From the IMG/VR virus record IMGVR_UViG_3300024520_000099, positions 1 through 52,728 of that record: 52,728 bases of DNA. One strand, 5' to 3'. The notes under the pieces are model-generated. The model was not told the origin of the DNA, made no database searches, and saw nothing but the letters and a program-made list of their open reading frames with translations. This stretch comes from a virus. Lineage: Duplodnaviria; Caudoviricetes. The translations under genes and the position numbers were made by a program. Shown here piece after piece: positions 8,665 to 16,820 of the stretch. Position 1 is the first letter of the stretch; the number at the start of each line of letters is the position of its first letter.

Positions 8665-9765
8665 ATGAAGAACCTGTTCCCCAAGATCACCACCAAGAGC
8701 GGCGGGTACACGACACGAGTTCGATTCAACGATGAGGCTCGCGGCGAACGCTACTTTGACACCGAGTACGGCGTACACGCCTGGCAACAGCCTGGCTCGT
8801 TCGTGCTCACCTGTGTGATCACACACGACGGTCACCACACTGAGTGCACGGCGGGGTCAACCATTGGGAAGGACCTGCGGGTCGGAGACCAGATCACCCT
8901 GATGGTCCAGCGATGGTCCATGAGAGGGAGAGCGAAGCAGATGGGCGCCACCATCTACGTGACCGGCTTGGAGACTGTGGTGAACGCTGACGGGTTCGTG
9001 TTGATTCGATACTCATACGAGCCCCCTCGACAAACAGAAAAAGAACCAGTAAAGTCCAGCCACGACGCCGGCACTGGTTCCGACAGTACCACTGAAGACG
9101 ACGTACCTGACTGCTCCACAACGGAGCAACCACAACCCGCCACCACGAGTGGCACAACCACTGGAGACCACGAGATGAACGTCACACGAAGCGCACTGAT
9201 CGCTCTGTTCGAAGCCCTCGAATTCAAGACCGCGAGCAAGTGGAACAAGGCACGGTTGCTCGGCAAGATCAACGGGCTCCCGGACGTGGTGGACGAAGAC
9301 ACTGACGCCGGCGACAACCAGGAGCTGCTCGACAACCTGCTCGACGCGGTTGAGAACGAGACCGAGATCACCATCGAAGACGACGTGGCCAAGAAGGCCC
9401 CTGCGAAGGGCAAGGAGAAGGCCGCTGCGAAGGACAAGGCGAAGCCCGCTGCCAAGAAGGCGCCCGCGAAGCCGAGCGTTGAGCGGGACAAGTTCGGGTC
9501 GAAGATCGGAACGCAGTGCAACCTGATCAACGAGGTGATGACCGGCAAGCCACAGGAGACGAAGGCGATCGCCGAAGCGAGCGGCATGACGGTCTCGCGG
9601 GTCAAGGCCCACATGACCTACCTCGTGGGCAAGAGCTTCGTGGAGAAGACCGACAAGGGCTACAAGCTCGACAAGGACGCCCCCAAGAAGCCGGCCGCGA
9701 AGGCGAAGCCCAAGGCCAAGCCCGCTGCCAAGAAGAAGGAAGAGACCGCGGACGCTGAAGAGTAG
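8665..9765 (+). CDS. Hypothetical protein; probably two units, with an internal start at 9175 giving a histone-like K/A/P-rich winged-helix DNA-binding protein
   Basis: Strong start at 8665; internal promoter motif at 9077 and GGAG SD before in-frame ATG9175; AKKAPAK repeats. Confidence 0.7.
   Translation: MKNLFPKITTKSGGYTTRVRFNDEARGERYFDTEYGVHAWQQPGSFVLTCVITHDGHHTECTAGSTIGKDLRVGDQITLMVQRWSMRGRAKQMGATIYVTGLETVVNADGFVLIRYSYEPPRQTEKEPVKSSHDAGTGSDSTTEDDVPDCSTTEQPQPATTSGTTTGDHEMNVTRSALIALFEALEFKTASKWNKARLLGKINGLPDVVDEDTDAGDNQELLDNLLDAVENETEITIEDDVAKKAPAKGKEKAAAKDKAKPAAKKAPAKPSVERDKFGSKIGTQCNLINEVMTGKPQETKAIAEASGMTVSRVKAHMTYLVGKSFVEKTDKGYKLDKDAPKKPAAKAKPKAKPAAKKKEETADAEE
9077..9096 (+). repeat. 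20-bp direct repeat GTTCCGACAGTACCACTGAA, copy 2
   Basis: Identical to 8604-8623. Confidence 0.8.
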
Positions 9766-9804
9766 ACCGTGACACTGTTGACCAAGCCGACCCGCCCCGG
9801 TCGC

Positions 9805-9838
9805 AAGCGCCTCGGACGGAAACGTTCGGGGCGTTTTT
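9805..9838 (+). terminator. Rho-independent terminator
   Basis: CGCCTCGGACG-GAAA-CGTTCGGGGCG followed by TTTTT. Confidence 0.8.
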
Positions 9839-9866
9839 CAATTCACCCCTCACCACTGGAGAACCC

Positions 9867-10658
9867 ATGAAGGTATTCGCAATCGAATTGACAAACTGGT
9901 GCAACGCCAAGTGTGGGTTCTGCCCGTACACAAGCCCCGACCACAACCGTCCCAAGGGATGGATGACGGAAGATACCCTACGGCTACTCATCAACAAGAT
10001 GGAGCCACCACGCGAGATCAACTTGAGCGGCTTGGGGGAACCCACACTGCACCGCGAGCTGGTTCGGTTCGTCTCCATCTTACGCGCCAACGGTGTCGCG
10101 GTCCAAATGAACACCAACGGCCAGCAACTGGACCAAGACCTCTACGACCAGTTGTGGGAAGCAGGGTTGAACAAGATCATCCTCACTAGCGACTACTTCC
10201 CGTGGGACAAGGGGAAGCTGAAGGTGAAGGAGGGGCTACCAGTGACGTTCTTTACCATCTCCCGCGAGCCGGACCACCCAGAACTCGGCCAAACTCAAAA
10301 GCCCCTAGACGACTGGGCAGGACAGGTAGGCAGCGCCCCGCGAGACAAGGTCCGCTGCAGCTTCCTGCACGACGACTTTGTTCAAGTGTGCTGGGACGGA
10401 ACGGTGCAACGGTGCTGCTGTGACTTCAATGCGAACCACGCTCTCGGCAACATGCACGACGAGAGCTTTCACGACAATTACCAAGCCGGCGTTTACGTCG
10501 ATCGAGAGATCCCGTTGTGTGGGGGATGCGCCGGCTACGTGTTCGAGTCTGGTCTAGTCGCTGGTGACTACGCTGGAGCCGGCGACACTGCCCCCGACGC
10601 ATTCACAGACCTCGTACAACTGGAGAAACCAGATGCCGCAGATCACCCGGAAACTTGA
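9867..10658 (+). CDS. Radical SAM protein with SPASM/twitch domain
   Basis: CNAKCGFC, GLGEPTLH, NTNG; C-terminal C..DGTVQRCCCD..CGGC. Confidence 0.9.
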   Translation: MKVFAIELTNWCNAKCGFCPYTSPDHNRPKGWMTEDTLRLLINKMEPPREINLSGLGEPTLHRELVRFVSILRANGVAVQMNTNGQQLDQDLYDQLWEAGLNKIILTSDYFPWDKGKLKVKEGLPVTFFTISREPDHPELGQTQKPLDDWAGQVGSAPRDKVRCSFLHDDFVQVCWDGTVQRCCCDFNANHALGNMHDESFHDNYQAGVYVDREIPLCGGCAGYVFESGLVAGDYAGAGDTAPDAFTDLVQLEKPDAADHPET

Positions 10659-11154
10659 GTTCGATGCTGGCCACCGCGTCCTGGGCCACGAATCGAAATG
10701 TGCTCACCTGCACGGTCACAGGTATGTCGTGGAGATCACCGTGTCCAGCTTCGGGCTCGATGAGATCTCGCGGGTCGTTGACTTTGGCGTAGTGAAGGGG
10801 CTGGTCGGCCAGTGGCTCGATGAGAACTGGGACCACAACATGCTGCTTCACATGGACGACCCATTGCTCGAAGCGAACGTCCCGGTCAGGCTCGACGGAG
10901 ACACCGACAAGCTCATGTCGTGGAAGGAAGCCCTCGACCTTGTCCAGGCTGGTACGCACGTGAACTTCTCCAGCGAACCCATCTTCGGTGGCAAGGTTCC
11001 GTACATTGTGCCGAACCGCGAGAACCCAACGGCCGAGGTCATGTCGCGGTTGCTGTACGAGAAGGCTCGCGAGCTACTCGACAACAATGGGCTTCAGGTA
11101 CACGCCGTTCGCCTCTACGAGACACCGAACTGCTGGGCGGACCATGAAGGGTGA
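10633..11154 (+). CDS. queD: 6-carboxy-5,6,7,8-tetrahydropterin synthase
   Basis: FDAGHRV, CAHLHGHRY, VVDFG, WDH, NPTAE, LYETP; SD GGAG before ATG10633. Confidence 0.93.
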   Translation: MPQITRKLEFDAGHRVLGHESKCAHLHGHRYVVEITVSSFGLDEISRVVDFGVVKGLVGQWLDENWDHNMLLHMDDPLLEANVPVRLDGDTDKLMSWKEALDLVQAGTHVNFSSEPIFGGKVPYIVPNRENPTAEVMSRLLYEKARELLDNNGLQVHAVRLYETPNCWADHEG

Positions 11155-11157
11155 ACC

Positions 11158-11229
11158 GTCCCGACAATGCTGTGGCGGGTGAAGGGGACACCTGGCTGGG
11201 CCACAGTCACCTCCGCCCCTTCACCCGTC
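11158..11229 (+). promoter_or_regulatory. Promoter-like motif followed by a structured queE leader
   Basis: GTCCCGACAATG then 14-bp stem GGCGGGTGAAGGGG/CCCCTTCACCCGTC. Confidence 0.5.
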
Positions 11230-11265
11230 GTTCATTTCACCACTACCCACGGAAGGACCGAGACC

Positions 11266-11958
11266 ATGACGACACAGCTCAACACACAGACACCCGAGAA
11301 ACCAACGCAAGACCCTGACTCGATTGAAGTCCACCACATCTGGGACACCATTCAAGGTGAAGGGCCCCACGCCGGACGGCCGGCTGTGTTCGTTCGACTC
11401 ACTGGTTGCAACATCCAGTGCCCTGCTTGCGATACCGAGTACACTAGCGAACGTCGTCTGCTGTCTCCGGATGGAGTGGTAGAAGTGGTGAGGGGGATCC
11501 GCCCGTCAGGATTGGTTGTCCTGACGGGTGGAGAACCCATGCGCCAGAACATCAGCAAACTGGTCGAGACGCTACTCGACGCACGGTACGAAGTGCAGAT
11601 CGAAACCAACGGCACCATCTTTCGAGCCCTTCCGTTTGACAACATGAACTTGGTCATCGTGTGCTCACCCAAGACAGCGAACGTGAACGCCAAGTTCGCG
11701 ATTCATGTTGACGCTTGGAAGTACGTGCTCGATGCCTGTCACGTGGACCCGAAGGACGGTCTACCCACTACCACAATGAACCACGATGGTCCTGTGTCGC
11801 GGCCGCTCCGTGGTGGTGGTGCGGAGATCTACGTGCAGCCCCTCGACGAGGGTCACCCGGGACCCAACGGTAGAAACCTGGCGGCAGCCGTGAAGAGCGT
11901 GAGAACCTACGGCTACCGGCTGTGCCTACAGACACACAAGATCATAGGGCTTGAATAG
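11266..11958 (+). CDS. queE: 7-carboxy-7-deazaguanine synthase
   Basis: TIQGEG, VFVRLTGCNIQCPACDT, LTGGEP, IETNGT, CSPK, QTHKIIG. Confidence 0.95.
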   Translation: MTTQLNTQTPEKPTQDPDSIEVHHIWDTIQGEGPHAGRPAVFVRLTGCNIQCPACDTEYTSERRLLSPDGVVEVVRGIRPSGLVVLTGGEPMRQNISKLVETLLDARYEVQIETNGTIFRALPFDNMNLVIVCSPKTANVNAKFAIHVDAWKYVLDACHVDPKDGLPTTTMNHDGPVSRPLRGGGAEIYVQPLDEGHPGPNGRNLAAAVKSVRTYGYRLCLQTHKIIGLE

Positions 11959-12051
11959 GGGCACCACACGACGCACAGGGCGTCGTTCGCCCCAGAAGAC
12001 GTAATACCAGACCCCGCCCCTGTGGAGACGCTTAGAACGCCCCACAGGGGC
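11958..12051 (+). other. Two intergenic hairpins between queE and folE
   Basis: ACGACGC/GCGTCGT closed by GGGGC/GCCCC (11958-11993); GCCCCTGTGG/CCACAGGGGC (12016-12051). Confidence 0.55.
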
Positions 12052-12076
12052 TTACCTGTTTAGAGGAGAAAGACCC

Positions 12077-13009
12077 TTGACAGTGAACGAGAAACCTGCT
12101 TGCGAGAAGTACGAACTGAGCTGGGAAGACATTCACATGCGGGCGGCACTCCTGGCCAAGCATCTCCGCGACACGTTCCCGACGCGGGTCGAGATGAACG
12201 CCTACCCTGTGCCACGCGGCGGCATCTACGCGGCACAAGCCCTGCTCACAATGATGGCCGGTAGCACGCGGCCCCTCTCGTTGAACATTGTCGAGGAAGT
12301 GAACGACGCTGACTTCATCATCGACGACATCGTAGACAGTGGAGCAACCCGCAAGCACTACGAACCATTCGCGTTGCCGTTCTTCGCACTCGTCGACAAG
12401 CAGATGGAGAAAGAGATCACGCAGAAGTGGGTGGTCATGCCGTGGGAACGAATGACCAATGAGAAGGGACCCGAGGAGAACATCACACGACTGTTGCAGT
12501 TCATTGGTGAGAAGGTCGGTCGCGAAGGTCTCAAGGAAACCCCGCAGCGTGTCATCAAGTCGTACGCACAGATCTTCGCCGGCTACAAACAAGACCCCGC
12601 GGACGTGATGAAGGTATTCGAAGACGGAGCCTGTGACGAGATGGTCCTGCTCCGCGACATCGAATTCTATTCAGTGTGTGAGCATCACATGCAACCGTTC
12701 TTCGGTCGAGCCCACATCGCGTACATCCCCAACGACAAGGTCCTGGGCGTGAGCAAGCTCGCTCGGGTGCTCGACATCTACGCTCGCCGGCTCCAGATAC
12801 AAGAGCGGTTGACCAGCCAAGTGACGACGGCACTGATGGAACATCTCAAGCCCAAAGGCGCGGCGTGTGTACTCGAAGCGAAGCACTTCTGCATGGTCTG
12901 TCGCGGGGTCGAGAAACAGAACAGTCGCATGGTCACCAGTTCCCTTCAGGGAGCATTCAAAGAAGACGCAGCCACTCGGGCTGAGTTCTACTCGATGATC
13001 CGCGACTAG
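12077..13009 (+). CDS. folE: Phosphoribosyltransferase domain fused to GTP cyclohydrolase I
   Basis: N-term VPRGG, IIDDIVDSGATR (PRPP loop), WVVMPWE; C-term ETPQRV, CEHHMQPF, GVSKLAR, RLQIQERLT, HFCMVCRG. Confidence 0.92.
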   Translation: MTVNEKPACEKYELSWEDIHMRAALLAKHLRDTFPTRVEMNAYPVPRGGIYAAQALLTMMAGSTRPLSLNIVEEVNDADFIIDDIVDSGATRKHYEPFALPFFALVDKQMEKEITQKWVVMPWERMTNEKGPEENITRLLQFIGEKVGREGLKETPQRVIKSYAQIFAGYKQDPADVMKVFEDGACDEMVLLRDIEFYSVCEHHMQPFFGRAHIAYIPNDKVLGVSKLARVLDIYARRLQIQERLTSQVTTALMEHLKPKGAACVLEAKHFCMVCRGVEKQNSRMVTSSLQGAFKEDAATRAEFYSMIRD

Positions 13010-13023
13010 TCCCGACAGTACCA
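13009..13023 (+). promoter_or_regulatory. Recurrent motif GTCCCGACAGTACCA
   Basis: Directly upstream of SD and ATG13042. Confidence 0.55.
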
Positions 13024-13041
13024 CCACAGGAGAAACCCATT

Positions 13042-13470
13042 ATGCAAACCAAAGCACACGTCTACGTTCGGACGACCTTCGAAGGCTACCATCGTTGGGC
13101 TGATGCCCCCGAAGCCGTGGCGTTCCTACGTCACTGGCACCGTCACTTGTTTCACGTTCAACTGGATGTCCACGTAGAGCACAACGACCGCGACGTTGAG
13201 TTCTTTATCTTGCAGCGAGAGTTGAACCGTTTCATCGACGATACGTTTCAACCACAGGGCCCCATGCGGTTCGAGTTCAGCTGCGAGATGATCGCGGAGC
13301 AAATCATCGCACACTTCCACGAGAAGCTTGAATACAAAGTTCATTCGTGTGAGGTCAGTGAGGACGGTGAAAATGGTGCAGTCGTTACGGTGGCCGGTCT
13401 CGCGGAGCAGATCCAAGAGACACTTGATGCTCGCGAGAGCTGGGAACGTGAACAACGGGAGTTTGAATGA
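13042..13470 (+). CDS. QueD-like T-fold protein (DpdL-type, putative CDG decarboxylase)
   Basis: FEGYHRW, LRHWHRHLF (LxxxHRHxF replacing CxxxHGH), DRDVEF, SCEMIAE, VSEDGENG. Confidence 0.75.
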   Translation: MQTKAHVYVRTTFEGYHRWADAPEAVAFLRHWHRHLFHVQLDVHVEHNDRDVEFFILQRELNRFIDDTFQPQGPMRFEFSCEMIAEQIIAHFHEKLEYKVHSCEVSEDGENGAVVTVAGLAEQIQETLDARESWEREQREFE

Positions 13471-13471
13471 C

Positions 13472-14644
13472 ATGGCGAAATCACAGAACAGAGCGATCTT
13501 CTATTGTCCGCTTGAAGCGTACAAAGAACGATACACGATGCAGCTCTCTGCTCCGGAGGTGGGCTGGCTCGAACGCAACTGGAGACAGGCGGGCATCACA
13601 TACGTCCGGGTTGAGGGTGACCGCCCACACGAACCGCAGAACATCACAACGGGTGTTGCCCTAGATGCCATCGGGCGATCGAAGATGTGCTTTGCTCAGG
13701 TGTCTAAGTTGCTCGACATGATGCCGGGCATGGGTGAAGACGACGTCATCTACTTCGATGACTTCTGGCACCCCGGCATTGAGGCGATCGCCTACGCTGC
13801 ACACATGATGAACCGTCCGCTGCCCAAGATGTACGCGAACCTCTGGGCACAGTCAGTGGACGAGTTCGATTTCACGTATGGGATGCGTGACTGGATGCGG
13901 TACTTCGAGAAGGGCTTTGGAACTCTGTTGAGTGGCATCTTTGTAGCGTGCCCTTCGCTCAAGGACCTCGTGGTCCATGGCGGTATCGCCCATCACGAGA
14001 AGGTCCATGCTGTGGGTCACCCGTTCTCCAGCGAAGAAGTCAAGTCGCGGATGCCTGAGCTTCCCGCTGACCGCGAAGACAAGGTCGTGTATTGCAGCCG
14101 GTGGGACCGCGAGAAGAACCCCGACTTCTTCCTGCGTGTGGTTGACACGGTACTAGCCGAACGACCCCACACTCAGTTCGTCGTGTGCTCCAGTCATGAG
14201 AAGCTCCGCTCGAACCACAGCCCTCTGCTCGGACTGCTCACCAAAGCCCGCAAGAAGCATGGTGACAAGCTCGTACTCATGGAAGGGTTGACGAAGGAAG
14301 AATACTACGCTGAACTCGCATCGGCGAAGGTCCACATCAATACCGCGGACCAAGACTGGATCAGCTTCGTACTGCTCGAAGCGAGCTGTGCGGGGGCGTA
14401 CCCTGTCTACCCATACTTCAGGTCGTTCCCAGAAGTGTTCGAGTACAAGCCCGACTTCATGTACCAACGGTTGCACGTCCCAAGTGCAGCTGCCGTGGTG
14501 AAGGGCGTGCTCGATGCGACCGACCTGTGGACCGAAGAGGCGATCCAATCCCGAGCGTGGGTACACGAGCGTTTCGACAACTCATGGGAACGTATGGCAA
14601 CAATCATGGGCGTGTATCAGGGAGACCAAAGTGGCCCGTTCTAA
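13472..14644 (+). CDS. GT-B (GT4-like) glycosyltransferase
   Basis: SRWDREKNPD, QDWISFVLLEASCAG (EX7E-like), RSFPE; start reassigned to ATG13472. Confidence 0.8.
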   Translation: MAKSQNRAIFYCPLEAYKERYTMQLSAPEVGWLERNWRQAGITYVRVEGDRPHEPQNITTGVALDAIGRSKMCFAQVSKLLDMMPGMGEDDVIYFDDFWHPGIEAIAYAAHMMNRPLPKMYANLWAQSVDEFDFTYGMRDWMRYFEKGFGTLLSGIFVACPSLKDLVVHGGIAHHEKVHAVGHPFSSEEVKSRMPELPADREDKVVYCSRWDREKNPDFFLRVVDTVLAERPHTQFVVCSSHEKLRSNHSPLLGLLTKARKKHGDKLVLMEGLTKEEYYAELASAKVHINTADQDWISFVLLEASCAGAYPVYPYFRSFPEVFEYKPDFMYQRLHVPSAAAVVKGVLDATDLWTEEAIQSRAWVHERFDNSWERMATIMGVYQGDQSGPF

Positions 14645-15617
14645 ACCAGTAAAGAAACAACGACGCAACCCGAAGCGGAAGCGTCGAGACGAAGGTGAAC
14701 GACCACCCGAGACCATCGGGTCGTTCTTCTTGGACAGTGGGGCTCACTCCCTGTTCAACATCTACGCTCACAACGTAGGTCAGCACGAGCGGTACGCCTT
14801 CTACGAGACCGATGACTTCTGGCAGTACGTCGACGACTACTGTGAGTTCGTCAAGGCGAACATCCACGCGATCGACTACTACGCCAACGTGGATGTGATC
14901 CACAACCCGAAGCTCAGTTGGAAGGTCCTCAAGTACATCGAGAAGGACCACGGTCTCAACCCTGTGCCAGTCGTTCACATGGGCACGGAAGTGAAGTGGC
15001 TCCGCCGACACTTGGACGCGGGCTATGACTACATCGGGCTGGGTGGTGTCGCATTGGAAGGCACGCGGACCAGCTACCTGCATTGGGCGGATCAGATGTT
15101 CGAGTGCATCTGCGATACCCCGGACCGAACACCGAAGGTCAAGGTTCATGGGTTCGCGATGACAGCCTATGCGAGTCTTGTCCGGTATCCGTGGTACTCC
15201 GTTGACTCGACATCGTGGGCTAAGGCCGGCGGGTTCGGGATGGTCTACTTCCCCAAGAAGATCAACGGTGAGTTCGTGTTCGTACCACCAGACCCGAACG
15301 ACTGGTCCCGGGTGAAGGCATACGAGCCATACAACCTGAGCTGCTCCGCCAACGCCCCCGCCGCTAAGAAGAAGGGGCAGTCGTACTTGTCGGTCTCCAG
15401 TGGAGCACAGAAGGTCCTCGCTGAGTGGCTCGAAAGTATAGACGTCCCCATCGGGACAGTTGACGAAGATTGTGAGATGCTTGAGTGGGGAGTGGTGAGC
15501 CATCACGCTGCCCGTAAGATTGCGAACCTCCGCTTCTTCGAACACCTCACCGCCGCACTACCTGATTGGCCGTGGCGATTCAAAGCAACTTCAGTGAAAG
15601 GGTTCGGGTTGATCTAA
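14631..15617 (+). CDS. dpdA: DpdA/TGT-family 7-deazaguanine DNA transglycosylase
   Basis: FFLDSGAHS, ANVDVI, PVPVVH, IGLGG, KVHGFAMT, YPWYSVDSTSW; GGAG SD before GTG14631. Confidence 0.82.
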   Translation: MARSKPVKKQRRNPKRKRRDEGERPPETIGSFFLDSGAHSLFNIYAHNVGQHERYAFYETDDFWQYVDDYCEFVKANIHAIDYYANVDVIHNPKLSWKVLKYIEKDHGLNPVPVVHMGTEVKWLRRHLDAGYDYIGLGGVALEGTRTSYLHWADQMFECICDTPDRTPKVKVHGFAMTAYASLVRYPWYSVDSTSWAKAGGFGMVYFPKKINGEFVFVPPDPNDWSRVKAYEPYNLSCSANAPAAKKKGQSYLSVSSGAQKVLAEWLESIDVPIGTVDEDCEMLEWGVVSHHAARKIANLRFFEHLTAALPDWPWRFKATSVKGFGLI

Positions 15618-15823
15618 TGCCACAGCCAAACAAGATGATCCTGTTCTACTCGGGCTCGACCTCGGGCGAGTCACTACCCGAACGGGTTCTGGAGCACAAC
15701 CAGCCTGGCGTCATGTTGACGTTCTGGGAGATGCACGAGAAACGAGGTGACACAATCCGTCGCTTCGAACGCCATGCCGCCAAACGAAAAGGAGTTGAAT
15801 CTGATGACGCAAGTCAACCGTGA
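15617..15823 (+). CDS. Small protein coupled to dpdA, resembling a DpdA N-terminal segment
   Basis: TAATG overlap; ILFYSG..ERVL..GVMLTFW. Confidence 0.6.
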   Translation: MPQPNKMILFYSGSTSGESLPERVLEHNQPGVMLTFWEMHEKRGDTIRRFERHAAKRKGVESDDASQP

Positions 15824-16820
15824 GGAACTACTCAATCAGCTTGAGAGCATCAAGCCGGGACTGTCACCCCGCGAGATCATTGAGCAATCGTCTTGCTTCG
15901 TGTTCGAAGACGGGAAGGTGATGACGTACAACGACGAGATCGCCTGCACGCAAGACAGTTGCCTGAAGATCACTGGAGCCGTGCAAGCGGAACCTCTGAT
16001 CGCAGTGCTCGCCAAGCTCCCCAACGACCAAGTCGAGATCGTCGAGGAAGGCAGCGAACTGAAGATCAAAGCCGGTAGGCGGGAGTCGGGTATTCGCCGA
16101 GAGGCGGAGGTCCTGTTGCCCATCGAGTCGGTGGAGAAACCCAAGAAGTGGCACAAGCTGCCTGAGGACTTCGGCGATGCGGTCTACATCGTGATGCAGT
16201 GTGCAGGACGAGACGAGTCGCAGTTCGTTATCACCTGTGTCCACATCACCAAGAACCACATCGAGGCGTGCGACAACTTCCAGCTCAGTCGCTACCCGAT
16301 GGAACTACCCATCCGCGGGAACTGCCTTGTGCGAGCCGACAGTCTCAAGCACGTCTGCGACCTCGACATGACCGAGTTCGCCGAGACCCAGACATGGGTT
16401 CACTTCCGCAACCCCACAGGGCTCGTTCTATCGTGTCGCAAAAGCATGGACGACTACCCAGACATTTCTCCGCTGCTCGACGTTGAGGGGGCGGCTACGA
16501 CGCTGCCAAAGGGACTGGCCGAGGCTACCCAGATGGCACAGATCTTCTCCAGCGAGAACGCGGACAACGACAGCGTCCTAATCAACCTGTCACCCAAGAA
16601 GGGCGGCATGCTCCGCGTCGCAGGGGAAGGCGCTTCCGGGTGGTATCGCGAGACCAAGAAGCTCAAGTACGTCGGCGAACCAATGAAGTTCCGCATCGCC
16701 CCGAAGTTGCTGATTGAGTTGACTAAGCGACACAACGAATGCGAGATCAGCAACGACCGCCTACTGGTGAACGGTGGCAAGTTCCGTTACGTCACATGCC
16801 TTGGAGCAGCCGATGAATAA
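15804..16820 (+). CDS. dnaN: DNA polymerase III beta-like sliding clamp
   Basis: About 338 aa; EACDNFQLS, DDYPDIS, three-domain pattern; DnaX gene nearby. Confidence 0.75.
   Translation: MTQVNREELLNQLESIKPGLSPREIIEQSSCFVFEDGKVMTYNDEIACTQDSCLKITGAVQAEPLIAVLAKLPNDQVEIVEEGSELKIKAGRRESGIRREAEVLLPIESVEKPKKWHKLPEDFGDAVYIVMQCAGRDESQFVITCVHITKNHIEACDNFQLSRYPMELPIRGNCLVRADSLKHVCDLDMTEFAETQTWVHFRNPTGLVLSCRKSMDDYPDISPLLDVEGAATTLPKGLAEATQMAQIFSSENADNDSVLINLSPKKGGMLRVAGEGASGWYRETKKLKYVGEPMKFRIAPKLLIELTKRHNECEISNDRLLVNGGKFRYVTCLGAADE

Noticed and set aside
8604-9096. 20-bp repeat as CRISPR or att site
   Set aside because: Only two exact copies 473 bp apart; no cas or integrase gene; better explained as the promoter-like motif
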